A stretch of 32,000 nt of DNA, from the NCBI RefSeq assembly GCF_013365475.1, contig NZ_CP046579.1:300001-332000 (forward strand). The letters run 5' to 3'. The translations under genes and the position numbers were made by a program. Every line of letters begins with the position of its first letter. Positions within the stretch are counted from its first letter, which is position 1. The notes under the pieces were generated by a model that saw nothing but the letters and a program-made list of their open reading frames with translations, was not told where the DNA came from and searched no databases. Of the stretch, positions 31,029-32,000 are shown in pieces. The DNA comes from Candidatus Saccharimonadota bacterium (GTDB taxonomy: Bacteria > Pseudomonadota > Alphaproteobacteria > Rickettsiales > Anaplasmataceae).

Positions 31029-31754
31029 ATACAGTAATTTGAGATATTGAAGTTATTAATAAGTGTATTAAAAGTAAATAAATCTCTCACATGATAATTT
31101 AACAGCACACTAAATATAATCAGAAATAGGTGAAATCACTTGATAAATTTTGCAAATGACCTTTATTATAACTAATAAGTATTCATTATCTTCAATCTGT
31201 GCAAGTGAAATAATAAATTTATTGCGCAATTTGTTTCTTGTGTTTAGTTTTGTGCTATGTATGCTTCATATTTTTATAAATTTTACTTAGAATTCTAGGT
31301 TTCATTTTAATAGCTTAACTTTTGTATTAGCCATGTAGCATAAACCATAACATAAATTTCTACTCTCGTACTTTTGTTTTTTACATTTGGACTAACTCTA
31401 GTCCTAACTTTTTGATTATTAGTCTACCGCCAATTCATTCTATATTAGAATTTTGTTCGTTTGGCTTCATCGAACCTTACTTTGTTTTGCACTGTCCAAT
31501 GACAGACATACTAAAAGCAGGCATAGTTTATTTTATGAATATAGTTTGTATAACTGATCAAGCCAAGGCTGATTTCTATAGCTAACTAAAATATTTTCTT
31601 ATTCCTTTATACATGAAAGTTTTATATGAGTCTCTCAGAAAATTTATTATCTTTATAATTATTAGAGATTATTATTGGTTTAGTAATACTTTTTTTTAAA
31701 GCAAGATACAACTTCGTATTAGTAACATTTCTTTTGGATTAAAAATTACCTTTT

Positions 31755-32000
31755 CTAACTATTTGAATTGAACTTCAGATTTAATGCACTCAAAAATAAA
31801 GTTGTCCCTAATAAGATCATGGGTACAGACAGTAACTGTCCCATAGTTAAACCAAACCATAAGTAGCCAATTTGACAATCTGGTTCTCGGAAAAACTCGA
31901 CTACGAAGCGTGCTATTCCATACCATATAACTGCAATGCTTGTTAACGCACCATGGTATATTTTTATTTTAGTCAAGAAAAATAGTAGGTTTATAGCTGT
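31755..32000 (-). CDS. lgt: Prolipoprotein diacylglyceryl transferase, C-terminal part (5' end beyond the window)
   Basis: The frame is open to the window edge ([65 protein letters not shown]...). The YG..RF..EFFREPD and TMGQ.LS.PM motifs are Lgt signatures. The TTG at 31976 used by the ORF track is internal. Confidence 0.8.
   Translation of the reverse strand, partial: TAINLLFFLTKIKIYHGALTSIAVIWYGIARFVVEFFREPDCQIGYLWFGLTMGQLLSVPMILLGTTLFLSALNLKFNSNS

Overview
This is a visibly AT-rich window from a reduced, obligate-intracellular alphaproteobacterial genome. Gene content and organisation look like Rickettsiales, most like the Anaplasmataceae (Wolbachia/Ehrlichia group). The nuo and virB genes are scattered, ProP-like MFS transporters are present, and tRNAs lack an encoded CCA; the taxon call is inference only.

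I can support 18 apparently intact housekeeping CDSs: uvrD-like helicase, qor, nth, nuoF, RNase J, fabI, nuoI, thrS, a ProP-like MFS transporter, aspS, a 138-aa hypothetical, ccmA, pccB, pdxH, an orphan virB9, nuoD, a 3' partial lgt, and one unlisted 41-codon basic ORF. There are also three tRNAs (Pro-UGG, Thr-GGU, initiator Met-CAU). The icd gene is a clear multi-frameshifted pseudogene, and infC is split by a frameshift inside an A9 homopolymer.

By my coordinates only about 20 of the 32 kb are genic. The rest is a series of 0.7-2.4 kb spacers closed by stops in all six frames, consistent with ongoing genome decay.

The other sequence-level oddities are:
- a perfect 27-bp inverted repeat just downstream of RNase J;
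- a recurring TTAGCTCTA word in 5' regions;
- a 17-bp palindrome inside a promoter-like spacer upstream of virB9.

I found no CRISPR array, rRNA, transposase/IS, integrase or prophage signature, and no defence or secretion island beyond the single virB9. I see no convincing novel multi-gene system here. The interest lies in gene decay, possible slippage-dependent expression of an essential gene, and small or unannotated elements.
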